From positions 11,871-75,870 of the forward strand of contig CAISBR010000131.1 in the NCBI GenBank assembly GCA_903883645.1: a DNA stretch of 64,000 nt, given 5' to 3'. Shown here one piece after another: positions 19,322 to 29,346 of this stretch; the first letter of the stretch is position 1, and every line of letters starts with the position of its first letter. The position numbers were made by a program, and so were the translations under genes. This DNA comes from an uncultured Myxococcales bacterium (lineage in GTDB: Bacteria > Myxococcota_A > UBA9042). The notes under the pieces are model-generated. The model did no database searches and had not been told where the DNA came from. It saw only the letters and a program-made list of their open reading frames with translations.

Positions 19322-19762
19322 TTGCAGTTCAAGCATTTGCCCTTCGATCAGCTGAGTCTAAGCGACTTGTATCAGCTGCTGTGGCTGCGCGACGAAGTGT
19401 TCGTTGTTGGCCAAAAGATCACCGCCGAGCCCGAGGTCGATGGCCTAGATCCACAGGCGATTCATGTGCTTGGCCGGCATGAGCCCGCTGGGCGCGTGTT
19501 GGTTACAGCGCGGCTTTTCGTCAGCGACGACAAGGTCAAGGTGGGGCGCGTGGCCGTACATCCCGACCTGCAGCGGCAGGGTCTGGGTACGCAGCTGATG
19601 CACTATGTGCACGAGATTATGCAAGATCGTCGCGGCGAGATGAGCGCCCAGGCCCACTTGCAGCCCTGGTACGGCTCGCTGGGCTGGCAGGCCGATGGGC
19701 CCGTGTACCTAGAGGCCGAGCTGCCGCATGTGCACATGCTGCGACCTGCTAAGACTAGATAA
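19322..19762 (+). CDS. elaA: GNAT acetyltransferase, ElaA family
   Basis: LYQLLWLRDEVFVVGQ ... VGRVAVHPDLQRQGLG, the ElaA-type signature. Confidence 0.75.
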   Translation: MQFKHLPFDQLSLSDLYQLLWLRDEVFVVGQKITAEPEVDGLDPQAIHVLGRHEPAGRVLVTARLFVSDDKVKVGRVAVHPDLQRQGLGTQLMHYVHEIMQDRRGEMSAQAHLQPWYGSLGWQADGPVYLEAELPHVHMLRPAKTR

Positions 19763-19894
19763 GGCCCTGTTCTGAAACAAGTTGGACAGTTCCTTGTGGC
19801 TAGGTGGGTCGCAAGCTCGCGTCGATACAGCCGACTCGCCGCACTGCCGTCGGAGCACCCGCTTGAGCTTTGTAAGGACAGATCCTAACTTCGC

Positions 19895-22369
19895 TTATTT
19901 GCTAGGCTTAGTCGCTGCCGGCGCCGGCGGTACCAGCACACTCAAGCGCAGCGCACCGGTCTCGGGGTCGTAGCCGTATTGTTCCACCAGCTGGGCCGCC
20001 ACTTTCTTGCGGTCACCCTCGCTCAATGCGGCGCGGCTCAGCCAGGCCAACGCCAGCCAATGGCCCTTTTCGTCAGCAGTTTTGCTCGCTTCAGCCTTGG
20101 CGACAAAACGTGTCGCGTGGTGGCTCAAGGCCTCGAGCACCGGCTGCAAAGCCGGCTCGACCAACCGTCGCGCCAAACCTGCCGTCACACTCGCGTCGTC
20201 GGGCAGGGCCGCAGCGTGCTGGGCTTCGAGCACTTGGCCTTTGATCATCACGGTATCACTGGTGAAATCCTCGCTCACCTCGTCGAGCCCGCGATTCGTC
20301 TCGGCGCGCGGCGCGGCACCCTTGACCGCCCCTTCGACCAGCGCCAACTTGAGCTGCGCCGCCACCTTCAGCCGATGCAGCGTCACCGCGTAGCTGTACG
20401 GTAGATTGACCGGCTGCGGCATCTTGCGCGAGGTCTTTTCGGCCACATCGCGGGCGCCATCAAAGCGCTTTTGTGCAGCATCTTCGGTCTCTTGTGCCAC
20501 ACGCAGCCTGGGGGCGAGCGTCGCCAGCTTCGCGCTTTCTTCGGCAATGCGCCGGTCGTAGTACTCGACGTTGGCCTTCCACCGCAGCTGCGCCTTGGTC
20601 TGGGGGCAATCGAGCTTGCCGTCAGGGCAGGGCGACGGGGTCTTGGCGTAGGTGACCCGGTCCTCTTCGACCATCTTCTTCTTGACGTCGGCCAACTGCC
20701 CCTGCAGCTGAAACAGCTTACTTTCAGCCATGTTGGCGGCATCGCGCAGCGGGCGCGCATCGTCGGTAGCGGCGTTGAGCTTGGCCAGCTCGGCACTCAT
20801 TTTCGACTGAGCCAGCCCCCATTCGGGGTTGTCGACCAGCTCGGTATGATCCAGGAATTCTTTGGTGCGCTGCTGCTGGCTCTGACTGCGCTCGATGATC
20901 AGCTTGGGCCACGCCACTTGCAGCACGCCGTCTGTCTGCTTGCCCTTGGCCGTAGTTACCGTTTCGCCGGCTGGCCCGAGCGTGCCAATTTGCCGCACCA
21001 CCGCAGCGGCGGTCGCCTGCACGACCTGTTCGGGCACACCGGCGTGCAAGGCCCCTGCCACCGGCTTGTCGAGCGGGGCGACGCGGGTGGTCAAGTGGTA
21101 ATGGGCCGATTCCGTAAGGATGGCGGTCAGTTTGGCCTGCGCCGCATCCCGCTTGGCCTCGCTGCCCAGCACCGCCGCTGTCAACTGGCCGTACCACCAC
21201 ACCGAGCCAGCGTAACCCTTGCCTTTGGCCGCCGCAGCTTTCTTGCCAAGCGCTGCAAGTACGGGTTTCTGCACGGCGCTGGCCGTCGCTTCAAGGCCCT
21301 TTTGCAGGTCGGCGTCGGCACCGGCAATGTGCCGTGCTTCTGCGACCTTTTGCGCCGCCTCTTGCCAGCGCCCCGCGCCCAAATCGCCAACGGCGGCAGC
21401 AACTTGGCTGTCGATGACCGCCCGCGCGGCTTTGCGCCGCATCGCCAGCAATTCCTCGTCACCTGGGTGCGCAAGTAGGGCTGCATCGGCCCGCTGCAGC
21501 GCTGCGCCATGGTCGCCGGCGCCGAGCAGCGCTTTTACCGCCGCCCGATCGGCCGCTAAGGCCCCGTTCTTCTGTTGCTCTTGCCGCGCCAGCGCCACAT
21601 CGGGGTGGTCCGCCTTCCAATGTTCAGCTTCGGCCAAGCGGGCTTGCGCGGCCTCGGCATTGCCGGCCTGCCACTCCGCTCGCGCTTCGGCACTTTTCCA
21701 CGCCGCAATCAGCGGTGCCGCTCGATCGCGCAGTTCGGCCGCTGCCGGGTAATCCTTCTGCCAACCTAGCAAAAATTCAACACTATCTAAGAGCTGTGCG
21801 TACAGCGCGGCGTCTTTGGCAGCATACGACTTGCCATCCAGACGCATCAGCAGGCCGCGCACTTGACCCTGCAACATCGCGCAACGACCCCGCAATTCTG
21901 CCACGCGCCCCCGCGTCGCCATCAGACGCGTATCAATGGCATCGTAGCTCGACGCGAGGACCAGCTCGGCCTCGGCCGCCGCCAAGTCGTGGGCATTGAC
22001 ATAGCGGTTGGCCGCATCGACATGGGCTAATTCAGCTGTATTCTTGGCAGCTTGGAGCTGCTCTTGCCAAGTGGCGGCCTCGGGGCTACCCGGATGCTCC
22101 GCCAGTTGCCTGCGCAAGTGCACCACCTTAGCGTCGACGTCGTCGGGCAGGGGTGCCACTACGTCACTCGCTACTGTAGCCGGACCCGCACAGCCCATCG
22201 CCAGAAGGACCGTCGCCAGAAGGACCGTCGCCAGACCCGTTGCCGCAGCCGTCCGCTTCCAAGCTGTTGCGCCGTTTTGAAGATGTTTCTGCCAGATCAT
22301 GCAAACCTCTCCTTTAGTGTAGCGGAATACTGCGCGCCGGTGCACCGCCCTGTTCGCAAATGTTGGCAA
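19895..22369 (-). CDS. Large Ala-rich coiled-coil lipoprotein; hypothetical
   Basis: Lipobox LLAMGC after an internal Met (MIWQKHL, alternative start 22300), long heptad/coiled-coil Ala/Glu/Gln-rich body. Confidence 0.55.
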   Translation of the reverse strand: MPTFANRAVHRRAVFRYTKGEVCMIWQKHLQNGATAWKRTAAATGLATVLLATVLLAMGCAGPATVASDVVAPLPDDVDAKVVHLRRQLAEHPGSPEAATWQEQLQAAKNTAELAHVDAANRYVNAHDLAAAEAELVLASSYDAIDTRLMATRGRVAELRGRCAMLQGQVRGLLMRLDGKSYAAKDAALYAQLLDSVEFLLGWQKDYPAAAELRDRAAPLIAAWKSAEARAEWQAGNAEAAQARLAEAEHWKADHPDVALARQEQQKNGALAADRAAVKALLGAGDHGAALQRADAALLAHPGDEELLAMRRKAARAVIDSQVAAAVGDLGAGRWQEAAQKVAEARHIAGADADLQKGLEATASAVQKPVLAALGKKAAAAKGKGYAGSVWWYGQLTAAVLGSEAKRDAAQAKLTAILTESAHYHLTTRVAPLDKPVAGALHAGVPEQVVQATAAAVVRQIGTLGPAGETVTTAKGKQTDGVLQVAWPKLIIERSQSQQQRTKEFLDHTELVDNPEWGLAQSKMSAELAKLNAATDDARPLRDAANMAESKLFQLQGQLADVKKKMVEEDRVTYAKTPSPCPDGKLDCPQTKAQLRWKANVEYYDRRIAEESAKLATLAPRLRVAQETEDAAQKRFDGARDVAEKTSRKMPQPVNLPYSYAVTLHRLKVAAQLKLALVEGAVKGAAPRAETNRGLDEVSEDFTSDTVMIKGQVLEAQHAAALPDDASVTAGLARRLVEPALQPVLEALSHHATRFVAKAEASKTADEKGHWLALAWLSRAALSEGDRKKVAAQLVEQYGYDPETGALRLSVLVPPAPAATKPSK

Positions 22370-22459
22370 TCGTTGATCTGAGCGCCACCGCCGCGTTCGT
22401 CCGCGCCCCGGTTCACAAGTTCGTCAGGGCGCGCTACGCTGCCGCGCCATAAGGTCCCG

Positions 22460-23329
22460 GTGGGCCTCCGCAAAGCCATGCTCAAAGTTGCCCTTCCCAA
22501 AGGCCGAATCGCCGACAAAGTCCTGCTGCTGATGGCCGATGCTGGCTTGCCGGTGCAGATCCCCGAGCGCGGCTATCGGCCCGACTGCGCCGACGGTCGG
22601 CTGCGGATGAAGATCTTGAAAGCGCAGAATATTCCGGCACTTGTGTCCCTTACCTCGCACGACATCGGCTTTACCGGTCGCGACTGGGTGGCCGAGAATG
22701 GCTCGGATGTGGTCGAACTGCTTGACCTTGGCTTCGACCCTGTGCGCATCGTGGCGGCGGCCCCGGCGGATTGCGACGAGGCCGAGCTGCTGGCCCGCCC
22801 GCGGCTCGTAGTGGTGAGCGAGTACGAGTCGCTGACGCGGCGGTGGCTCGATGCCCGTGGCGCGCGCTACCACTTTATGCGGTCGTACGGCGCGACGGAG
22901 GTTTTCCCCCCTGAAGACGCCGACTTGATTGTCGACAATACGGCTTCAGGGCGGACGCTAGTCGAGAACAACCTGAAGATTCTCGACACTCTGCTGCGCT
23001 CGACCACCTGCCTGGTCGCCAACAAGCAGGCGCTGGATAATCCAGAGAAGCTGCGTATAATTGAAGAGTTGCTGCTGCTATTTCGCGCAGTGCTGGATGG
23101 CCGGCAGCGGGTGCTGCTCGAGATGAACATCGACGAGGCGCGCTTGGGTTTGCTGGTGCAAGCGCTGCCATGTATGAAAAGCCCTACAATTTCAAAGTTG
23201 TATGGCGACGGCGGCTTTGCGGTCAAGGTGGCGGTGCCCAAGCAAGATGTGGCCAAGCTTTTGCCCGAGCTCAAGCGCCTGGGTGCCACCGACATCCTCG
23301 AGACGGGGATTCGCAAGGTGGTGGCGTAA
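22460..23329 (+). CDS. hisG: ATP phosphoribosyltransferase, long form
   Basis: MLKVALPKGRIAD ... C-terminal regulatory domain VKVAVPKQDVAKLLPELKRLGATDILE. Alternative start at 22478. Confidence 0.85.
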   Translation: MGLRKAMLKVALPKGRIADKVLLLMADAGLPVQIPERGYRPDCADGRLRMKILKAQNIPALVSLTSHDIGFTGRDWVAENGSDVVELLDLGFDPVRIVAAAPADCDEAELLARPRLVVVSEYESLTRRWLDARGARYHFMRSYGATEVFPPEDADLIVDNTASGRTLVENNLKILDTLLRSTTCLVANKQALDNPEKLRIIEELLLLFRAVLDGRQRVLLEMNIDEARLGLLVQALPCMKSPTISKLYGDGGFAVKVAVPKQDVAKLLPELKRLGATDILETGIRKVVA

Positions 23330-25114
23330 GTGGTGGCCGGTAAGCTCGCGACTCGCTTTGATCTTTCGGCGGTGCAGGCCTACCGCATCCCCGATCGCGA
23401 GCGGGCCGGGCTGCTGCGGCTCGACGTCAATGAACACGCCGAAGGGGCGGCTGCGGCGATCGTGCAGGCGGTGCGCGACGAACTGACCGGCGAGCGGCTG
23501 GCCACCTACCCCACCTATGGCCGCTGGCACACGGTTGCGGCGCACTACTTTGGCGTGCAGCCCGAGCAAGTGACCTGCACGGCGGGCGGCGACGAGGCGA
23601 TTAAGGCGATTTTTGAAGCCTTTTTGCTGCCTGGGCGCGCTGTGGTGATGCCCGAACCTGGCTTCGACATGTTTGCGCTGTGGGCCCGCGTGTACGGTTC
23701 GCCGCTGCGGGGCGTGGCGCTCAATGCCGATTTTACCTTTAATTCAGACGCTTGGTTTGCTGCGCTCGGCGACGACGTGGGCATGGCCATCTTGACCACG
23801 CCGAACAATCCCACGGGTACGCTGGTGCCGCCCACGGTGATTGAGGCGACGCTGCAGCGCCTGAGCTGCCCCGTGCTGGTCGACGAAACCTACATTGAAT
23901 TCGTAGGTTCGAGTGCTGCGGCCTGGATCGATCGCTTTCCGAACCTGCTGGTGGTGCGGTCGTTTTCCAAGGTATATGGCCTGGCCGGTCTGCGGGCCGG
24001 GGCGGTGCTGTCTCAAGCTGAGAATATCGAAGAACTGCGCAAGCTTCTGCCCCCATTCAATGTCGCGCGCCCGGCGATCGCGGCGTCGCTGGCGGCCATG
24101 CAGAACCCCGCCATTTTGGCCGACCATGTGGCCGCGATTGGCCAAGTGCGCCAAGAATTTGCTGACCAATTGGCCGTGTTGGGGATCCAGACGGGGCCGC
24201 TGTACGCCAACTTTGTGCTGGCGCGGCTGGGTGAGCGGGCTAGCGCGCTGGTCACGGCGCTGGCGGCCGAGGGCATCTTGCTGCGCGATCGCAGTCAAAC
24301 GCACGAAAGTATGCGCGGTTGCGTGCGAATCGGCCTTGGCTCGCGGCTGCAGATGGCCCGGGTGATCGCCGCGCTGCGCAAGCACGTTGTGCCGCCGCCG
24401 ACACTGCAAGCGCTGATTTTTGATATGGATGGCCCGCTGGTCGACACCGCGCGCTCGTACCGCGTGGCGATTGTGCAGACCGCCCAGACCTTGCTGGCTC
24501 GCTATGGGGCGCCCGACGCGGTGGTGGCCCAGGCCAACTTGGATGCGGTCGAAAAGCTGAAGCGACGCGGCGGCTTGAACAACGATTGGGATTGTTGCCA
24601 CGCCCTGATCGTGCAGCTTGGTGGGGCGGTGGGGTACGAGCAGGTGGTCGCGACCTTCCAAGAGCTGTACTGGGGCGAAGACGGCGATGGACTGATTTTG
24701 CAAGAAGAATTCTGTGTGCCAACAGAGTTGCGCGGGCAGATTCGCGCGACCTATGCCACCGCCATTGTGACGGGCAGGCCGCGCATCGAGGCGTTGCGAG
24801 CGCTACAAATTGCAGGTGCAACGGATACTTGGACCCCCGAGCGTGTGTTTGCGCATGAAGATGGACCCGCCAAGCCCGCGCCAGGCGGGATCTTGCAGAT
24901 GCTGCAGCTTGTGGGGGTGGCCGCCGGGCAGGCCGCGTATCTAGGTGATTCTGTAGATGATATGCGCGCCGCGCGTGCGGCCGGTGTGCGGGCTATCGGT
25001 GTGCTGCCGCCGCAGGCGAACTGGCACGATGGGCTGTGCGAGCGCCTAGTCGAGGCGGGCGCCGAGTGGGTTTTTGCCAATGTTGCCGAGGTGATGCGAT
25101 GGTTGCAGGCGTAA
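23330..25114 (+). CDS. hisC: Histidinol-phosphate aminotransferase fused to a C-terminal HAD phosphatase domain (putative histidinol-phosphatase)
   Basis: Aminotransferase class I/II body (TTPNNPTG, PLP-Lys context RSFSKVYGLAGLRAG). At ~aa 375 a HAD domain follows, with motif I IFDMDGPLVDT and motif IV YLGDSVDDMRAARAAG. Single uninterrupted ORF. Confidence 0.8.
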   Translation: MVAGKLATRFDLSAVQAYRIPDRERAGLLRLDVNEHAEGAAAAIVQAVRDELTGERLATYPTYGRWHTVAAHYFGVQPEQVTCTAGGDEAIKAIFEAFLLPGRAVVMPEPGFDMFALWARVYGSPLRGVALNADFTFNSDAWFAALGDDVGMAILTTPNNPTGTLVPPTVIEATLQRLSCPVLVDETYIEFVGSSAAAWIDRFPNLLVVRSFSKVYGLAGLRAGAVLSQAENIEELRKLLPPFNVARPAIAASLAAMQNPAILADHVAAIGQVRQEFADQLAVLGIQTGPLYANFVLARLGERASALVTALAAEGILLRDRSQTHESMRGCVRIGLGSRLQMARVIAALRKHVVPPPTLQALIFDMDGPLVDTARSYRVAIVQTAQTLLARYGAPDAVVAQANLDAVEKLKRRGGLNNDWDCCHALIVQLGGAVGYEQVVATFQELYWGEDGDGLILQEEFCVPTELRGQIRATYATAIVTGRPRIEALRALQIAGATDTWTPERVFAHEDGPAKPAPGGILQMLQLVGVAAGQAAYLGDSVDDMRAARAAGVRAIGVLPPQANWHDGLCERLVEAGAEWVFANVAEVMRWLQA

Positions 25115-25707
25115 CGCGACGCGGTGTGGTCGAGCGCACGACCCAAGAGACTCAAATTCGCTGCGAAGTCGACCTGGATGGGGTCGGCAAGTCGGAGATC
25201 GCGTGTCCGATCGGCTTTCTTGGCCACATGCTCGAGGCGCTCGCCCGCCACGCGCACCTGGACCTTGTGCTGACGATTGCCGGTGATCTGCATGTGGATC
25301 AGCACCATACGGTCGAAGACACCGGGCTAGTGCTGGGGCAAGCGCTGCGGCAGGCCTTGGGCGACCGGCGCGGCATTTGGCGTTGCGGCGACGCGCGCTT
25401 TCCGATGGACGAAGCGCTGGCCGAGTGCGCCATCGACATCGCGGGCAGGCCGTATCTTAGCTTCGACGTTACGTTTTCGCGGCCGTTCTTGGGTGAGCTG
25501 CAGAGTGACCTAGTGCACGAGTTCTTTGCGGCGGTGGCGATGGGCTTGGGCGCCAATGTGCATCTGCGGCTGTTGTCGGGCGACAACGACCACCACAAAT
25601 GCGAAGCCGTTTTCAAGGCCTTTGCCCGTTCGCTCGAGCTGGCGGTGGCGCGCCATCCGCGGGCGGTCAGCGAGGTGCCAAGCACGAAGGGTGCGCTGGA
25701 TTCGTGA
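25099..25707 (+). CDS. hisB: Imidazoleglycerol-phosphate dehydratase (monofunctional)
   Basis: Re-called start ATG 25099 (MVAGVTRRG), 16-nt overlap with hisC. IGPD motifs DLHVDQHHTVEDTG, HEFFAAVA, ANVHLR. Confidence 0.85.
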   Translation: MVAGVTRRGVVERTTQETQIRCEVDLDGVGKSEIACPIGFLGHMLEALARHAHLDLVLTIAGDLHVDQHHTVEDTGLVLGQALRQALGDRRGIWRCGDARFPMDEALAECAIDIAGRPYLSFDVTFSRPFLGELQSDLVHEFFAAVAMGLGANVHLRLLSGDNDHHKCEAVFKAFARSLELAVARHPRAVSEVPSTKGALDS

Positions 25708-25743
25708 GGAAATACTTGAGGGTCGGCGCTCTGTTGCACCCAA

Positions 25744-27624
25744 TTGCCGCACCTCGCACATTCGCCGCACTTGCCGTATCCTTGGCCTGCGCTGCCTCCA
25801 ATTGCAGCCCGTGATCGCATGTCGAGCGCTGAGTCCATTTTGTCGCCAACCGTGCCACCGCCGCCCGAGCTGCGGCCAGCCGATGTGCGGCTTGCGGCGG
25901 TTTCTGAGGTGGCGCGCGCACTTTCGGCGCCGTGGACGGTTGACGAGCTGCTCGATCTGGTGATGGACCGGCTCACCTGGGCGCTCGACGCGGACCGCTC
26001 GACGCTGTTCTTGGTCGACGGCGACGCCCTGTGGTCCAAGATTACCCGTGGCGGCGATGCCGCGCAGTTTCGCGTGCCGATCGGCGTGGGCGTCGTAGGT
26101 TGGGTGGCGCAGCGGCGCCGCGGCGTAAACGTGAAAAATGCCTACGATGATCCCCGGTTTGATCCCAGCTGGGACCAGGTGACTGGCTACACGACCCGCT
26201 CGCTGCTGTGCCAGCCCGTGCTCGACCGCGAAGAGAACCTGGTGGGCGTGGTGCAGGTGCTGAACAAGCGCGGCGGCTACTTCCATGTCGACGACGAGCG
26301 CCTGCTGTCGACGATCCTGTCGATGACCGCGATCTCGATTGTGAACGCGCAGTTGGCGAATCAATTGGCGGTGAAGAACGACGAGCTGCTGAAGACTCAG
26401 GGGGATCTTGCCGACCGCGTGCGCGAAATCGACATGCTGTACGACCTAGAACGCGAGGTGGCGCGGGCGCCGACCTTTGACGATGCGGTGCGGGCGGTGG
26501 TCGAGCGCGTGAGCTACACCCTGCACGCCGACTTGCTGCAGGTGGCGGTGCGCACCGAGGGCGGCGGTCTGGTCCTGTATCGCGCGCTAGGGCCTGACTT
26601 TTTTGAGGTGCTGCCCCTGCCGGAGGCCCGTGGGCTGGTGGCGCGGGTCTTCGCCGAGCCCAAGCGTTACAACCCCTGCGACATGCCGCGCGACGAGCTG
26701 AAACGTGCGGCGGCAGAAGAACAATTGCCCTGGGTGCCGGCGGCGGGGCTGTGCGTGCCCCTTGAGCGCGACGACGGCTTGGTGGGGGCGCTGGCGGTCT
26801 ACTGGAAGCCCGGTCGCCACACTTGCATGACCGAAGATCAGGTGCGGGTTGTCGAATTGACCGCCGACCAGATTGGCCACGCTTTGGCGCAGCGCCAGGC
26901 CCGCCAGCAGCAAGAGCGCGAAGAACGGCTGTCGGCGATCGGTCGGGCCCTGGCCAGCATTGTCCACGACCTAAAGACGCCGATGACCGTGGCGAGCGGC
27001 TATGTGCAACTGCTTAAAATCGAAGATGATGAGGGCGAGCGGGTCAGCTTGGCCGACGGTGTGCTCGAGCAGCTGCGGCGGATGAACGAGATGACCCGCG
27101 AGGTGCTGGGCTTTGCCCGTGGCGACAGCGAGCTGCTGCTGGTAAAGGTGGTGATGCCCGATTTCGCCAAGGACCTGCAACGTCTGTTCGAGTCGGTGTT
27201 CGCAGATTCGCAGACCCACTTTACGATTGAATGCTTGGACCGCGGTTTTGCCCGTATCGATGCCGGGCGGGTCATGCGCGCCGTGCAGAACATTGCCCGC
27301 AACGCGCGCGAGGCCTTGGGCAGCGTGCACCCGCATCGCTTCGACGTTAAAATCCTGAGCGAGAGCAGCGACTTGCTGATTCTGTGCAGCGACGACGGTC
27401 CGGGCGTGCCGCGGGAATTTCAGCACCGCCTGTTCGAAGCCTTCGCTACGCACGGCAAGGCGGAAGGTACCGGCCTAGGGCTGGCGATGGTCAAGCAAAC
27501 CGCAGACTTGCATGGCGGTACCGTGGTCTATCGCGAGACGCCGGGCGGCGGCGCGACCTTTGAGCTGCGTTTGCCGCGCGATTCGCGACTGGGCCGCACT
27601 ACGGCGCCGGCGCCCCAGGCCTAG
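25744..27624 (+). CDS. Cytoplasmic tandem-GAF sensor histidine kinase
   Basis: Two GAF-like domains, H-box LASIVHDLKTPM, HATPase DDGPGVPREFQHRLFEAF...GTGLGLAMV. Confidence 0.8.
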   Translation: MPHLAHSPHLPYPWPALPPIAARDRMSSAESILSPTVPPPPELRPADVRLAAVSEVARALSAPWTVDELLDLVMDRLTWALDADRSTLFLVDGDALWSKITRGGDAAQFRVPIGVGVVGWVAQRRRGVNVKNAYDDPRFDPSWDQVTGYTTRSLLCQPVLDREENLVGVVQVLNKRGGYFHVDDERLLSTILSMTAISIVNAQLANQLAVKNDELLKTQGDLADRVREIDMLYDLEREVARAPTFDDAVRAVVERVSYTLHADLLQVAVRTEGGGLVLYRALGPDFFEVLPLPEARGLVARVFAEPKRYNPCDMPRDELKRAAAEEQLPWVPAAGLCVPLERDDGLVGALAVYWKPGRHTCMTEDQVRVVELTADQIGHALAQRQARQQQEREERLSAIGRALASIVHDLKTPMTVASGYVQLLKIEDDEGERVSLADGVLEQLRRMNEMTREVLGFARGDSELLLVKVVMPDFAKDLQRLFESVFADSQTHFTIECLDRGFARIDAGRVMRAVQNIARNAREALGSVHPHRFDVKILSESSDLLILCSDDGPGVPREFQHRLFEAFATHGKAEGTGLGLAMVKQTADLHGGTVVYRETPGGGATFELRLPRDSRLGRTTAPAPQA

Positions 27625-27750
27625 CGGCGGCGCGATCGCCAATTTGATCGTTGTGTAGGCGCGATCGTGGCTTACACGCGCAACCTGCAAAAAACTAGAC
27701 AGGATCTGCCGCAGCGCTAGCCTCCGAACCGGTTCGGGCCGGAGGATGCG

Positions 27751-28071
27751 ATGCAGCAGTGGTCGTGGTGGAAAGCGGTGCGTAAGGCCGGGCAGCTGCT
27801 GGGCTCTTTTGTCAAGCTGGTGCTGTACGTGGTATTCGCCGCGGTGGCCGTGGCCGGCCTGGGGCACGCCTTTACCCAGCGCGGTTATGCCGAGGATCGC
27901 GGCATGGAGCTGCGGCAAGTGCGCGAACAGCTTGTGCAAGCCCGCATGCGCGGTCAGGAATTGGGTGCTCGCGTCGACGCCTTTGCCAGCCGTCGCGATG
28001 TGCGGATTCAGACCATTCGCAGCGAGCTAGGGCTGGTGCGTCCGGGCGAAAAAGTCTACGTTCTCAAGTAG
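27751..28071 (+). CDS. ftsB: Septum formation initiator family protein (FtsB/DivIC-like)
   Basis: Single N-terminal TM, coiled coil, C-terminal IRSELGLVRPGEKVY motif. Confidence 0.55.
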   Translation: MQQWSWWKAVRKAGQLLGSFVKLVLYVVFAAVAVAGLGHAFTQRGYAEDRGMELRQVREQLVQARMRGQELGARVDAFASRRDVRIQTIRSELGLVRPGEKVYVLK

Positions 28072-28074
28072 TTC

Positions 28075-28518
28075 TTAGCCAATCGTTAGGCTTCGCGTCA
28101 TGAGCACCGCGTCCATGTCGTCGTGGTAGTACTTCTTGCGCAGACCTGCCTGGCCAAAGCCGTGGCGCAGGTACAGTGCGAGCGCTTGGGCATTGTCGGC
28201 GCGCACTTCGAGATAGGCTCGATCGGCACCCTCGGCCTGGGCCCGCTCCAGCGCAGCCGCGACCAGTAGCCCCCCTAACCCCTGATTTTGCATGGCAGGA
28301 TCGACAGCAACGCGGTTGATCTGCAACTCGCCGCCCAACAGCCACGCCAGCAAGGAGCCCAGCACGACCCCATCGCGCTCGACGACGAGCGGCCGGCAGT
28401 GCAGCTGCTCAAGCTCGGCGCGCACCCCGTCAGATGTCCAAGGATCCTGAAAACACAGCGCTTCAAGGCACAGCAAGGCTTCTAGGTCGCGCTCGCGCGC
28501 CGGGCGTACCTGCATCAT
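28075..28518 (-). CDS. rimI: Ribosomal-protein-alanine N-acetyltransferase (GNAT)
   Basis: LEALCFQDPW ... INRVAVDPAMQNQGLG ... GF motifs. Confidence 0.75.
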   Translation of the reverse strand: MMQVRPARERDLEALLCLEALCFQDPWTSDGVRAELEQLHCRPLVVERDGVVLGSLLAWLLGGELQINRVAVDPAMQNQGLGGLLVAAALERAQAEGADRAYLEVRADNAQALALYLRHGFGQAGLRKKYYHDDMDAVLMTRSLTIG

Positions 28519-28527
28519 AGTCAGCGG

Positions 28528-29337
28528 CTACTTGGCCTTGACAGCCTTAGGTGGCCGTGGATACGCGGTGTTGCGCAGCTTGTTCAGCAATTCCACGATG
28601 TGGGAGCCGTCGCGGGCCGACACGGCTAGCGGCAGTTCTTCGAGCTGAAATTCAGCCTTTAGTCGGGCACATACGGTACCAATCTTCGTCTTCGAGATCT
28701 CGTCTGCCTTGGTCGCCACCACATCGAAGGGCACGCGGTTCTCGTTCAGCCAGCGCGCAAAGCCGATAGCGTCTTCGTCGCGGTCGCGGCGGGCGTCTTG
28801 CAGAATCAGCACCTTGCGCATGGTCTCGCTGCCGACCAGATAATACTGAATCATTTCAGAAAATTGCGCCATCATCGCCTTGCTGACCTCGGCGTGGCCA
28901 AAGCCGGGTAGGTCCACTAGGCGCAAGACTTTGCCGTCGGACAGGGTCGCGTCGAACAGATTGATGCGCTGCGTGCGCCCCGGCGTCTTCGAGGTGCGAG
29001 CCAAGGCCTCGCGGCCGCAAAGTGCGTTAATAAGCGAAGACTTGCCCACATTGCTGCGACCTACAAAGGCGATCTCGGGCGCTCCACTCGGAAACTCGCC
29101 GGCCTTGCGCACCGACGCCACGAAATCGGCAGAAATGATGCGCAATACCCGCGGCGCTCGCTTTTTGGGCGCGGGCTCGCCTTTTGCCGCGGCCGCATTG
29201 GGCTGAATCGGCTTGGCGTGCGACTTGGTCACGATTTTGGCCGACGGCTTGGGCTGGGGCTTGGGCTGAGGCTTGGACTGAGTGGTCGCAAGCGCCTTAT
29301 TCGTGCGTAACTTCGGCTTGTTGCTTGGCGTTGCCAT
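28528..29337 (-). CDS. engB: Ribosome-biogenesis GTPase EngB/YsxC with a Lys/Pro-rich N-terminal extension
   Basis: G1 GRSNVGKSS, G3 DLPGFG, G4 ATKAD; N-terminal KPQPKPQPKP repeats. Confidence 0.85.
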   Translation of the reverse strand: MATPSNKPKLRTNKALATTQSKPQPKPQPKPSAKIVTKSHAKPIQPNAAAAKGEPAPKKRAPRVLRIISADFVASVRKAGEFPSGAPEIAFVGRSNVGKSSLINALCGREALARTSKTPGRTQRINLFDATLSDGKVLRLVDLPGFGHAEVSKAMMAQFSEMIQYYLVGSETMRKVLILQDARRDRDEDAIGFARWLNENRVPFDVVATKADEISKTKIGTVCARLKAEFQLEELPLAVSARDGSHIVELLNKLRNTAYPRPPKAVKAK

Positions 29338-29346
29338 GGTTTGTGC

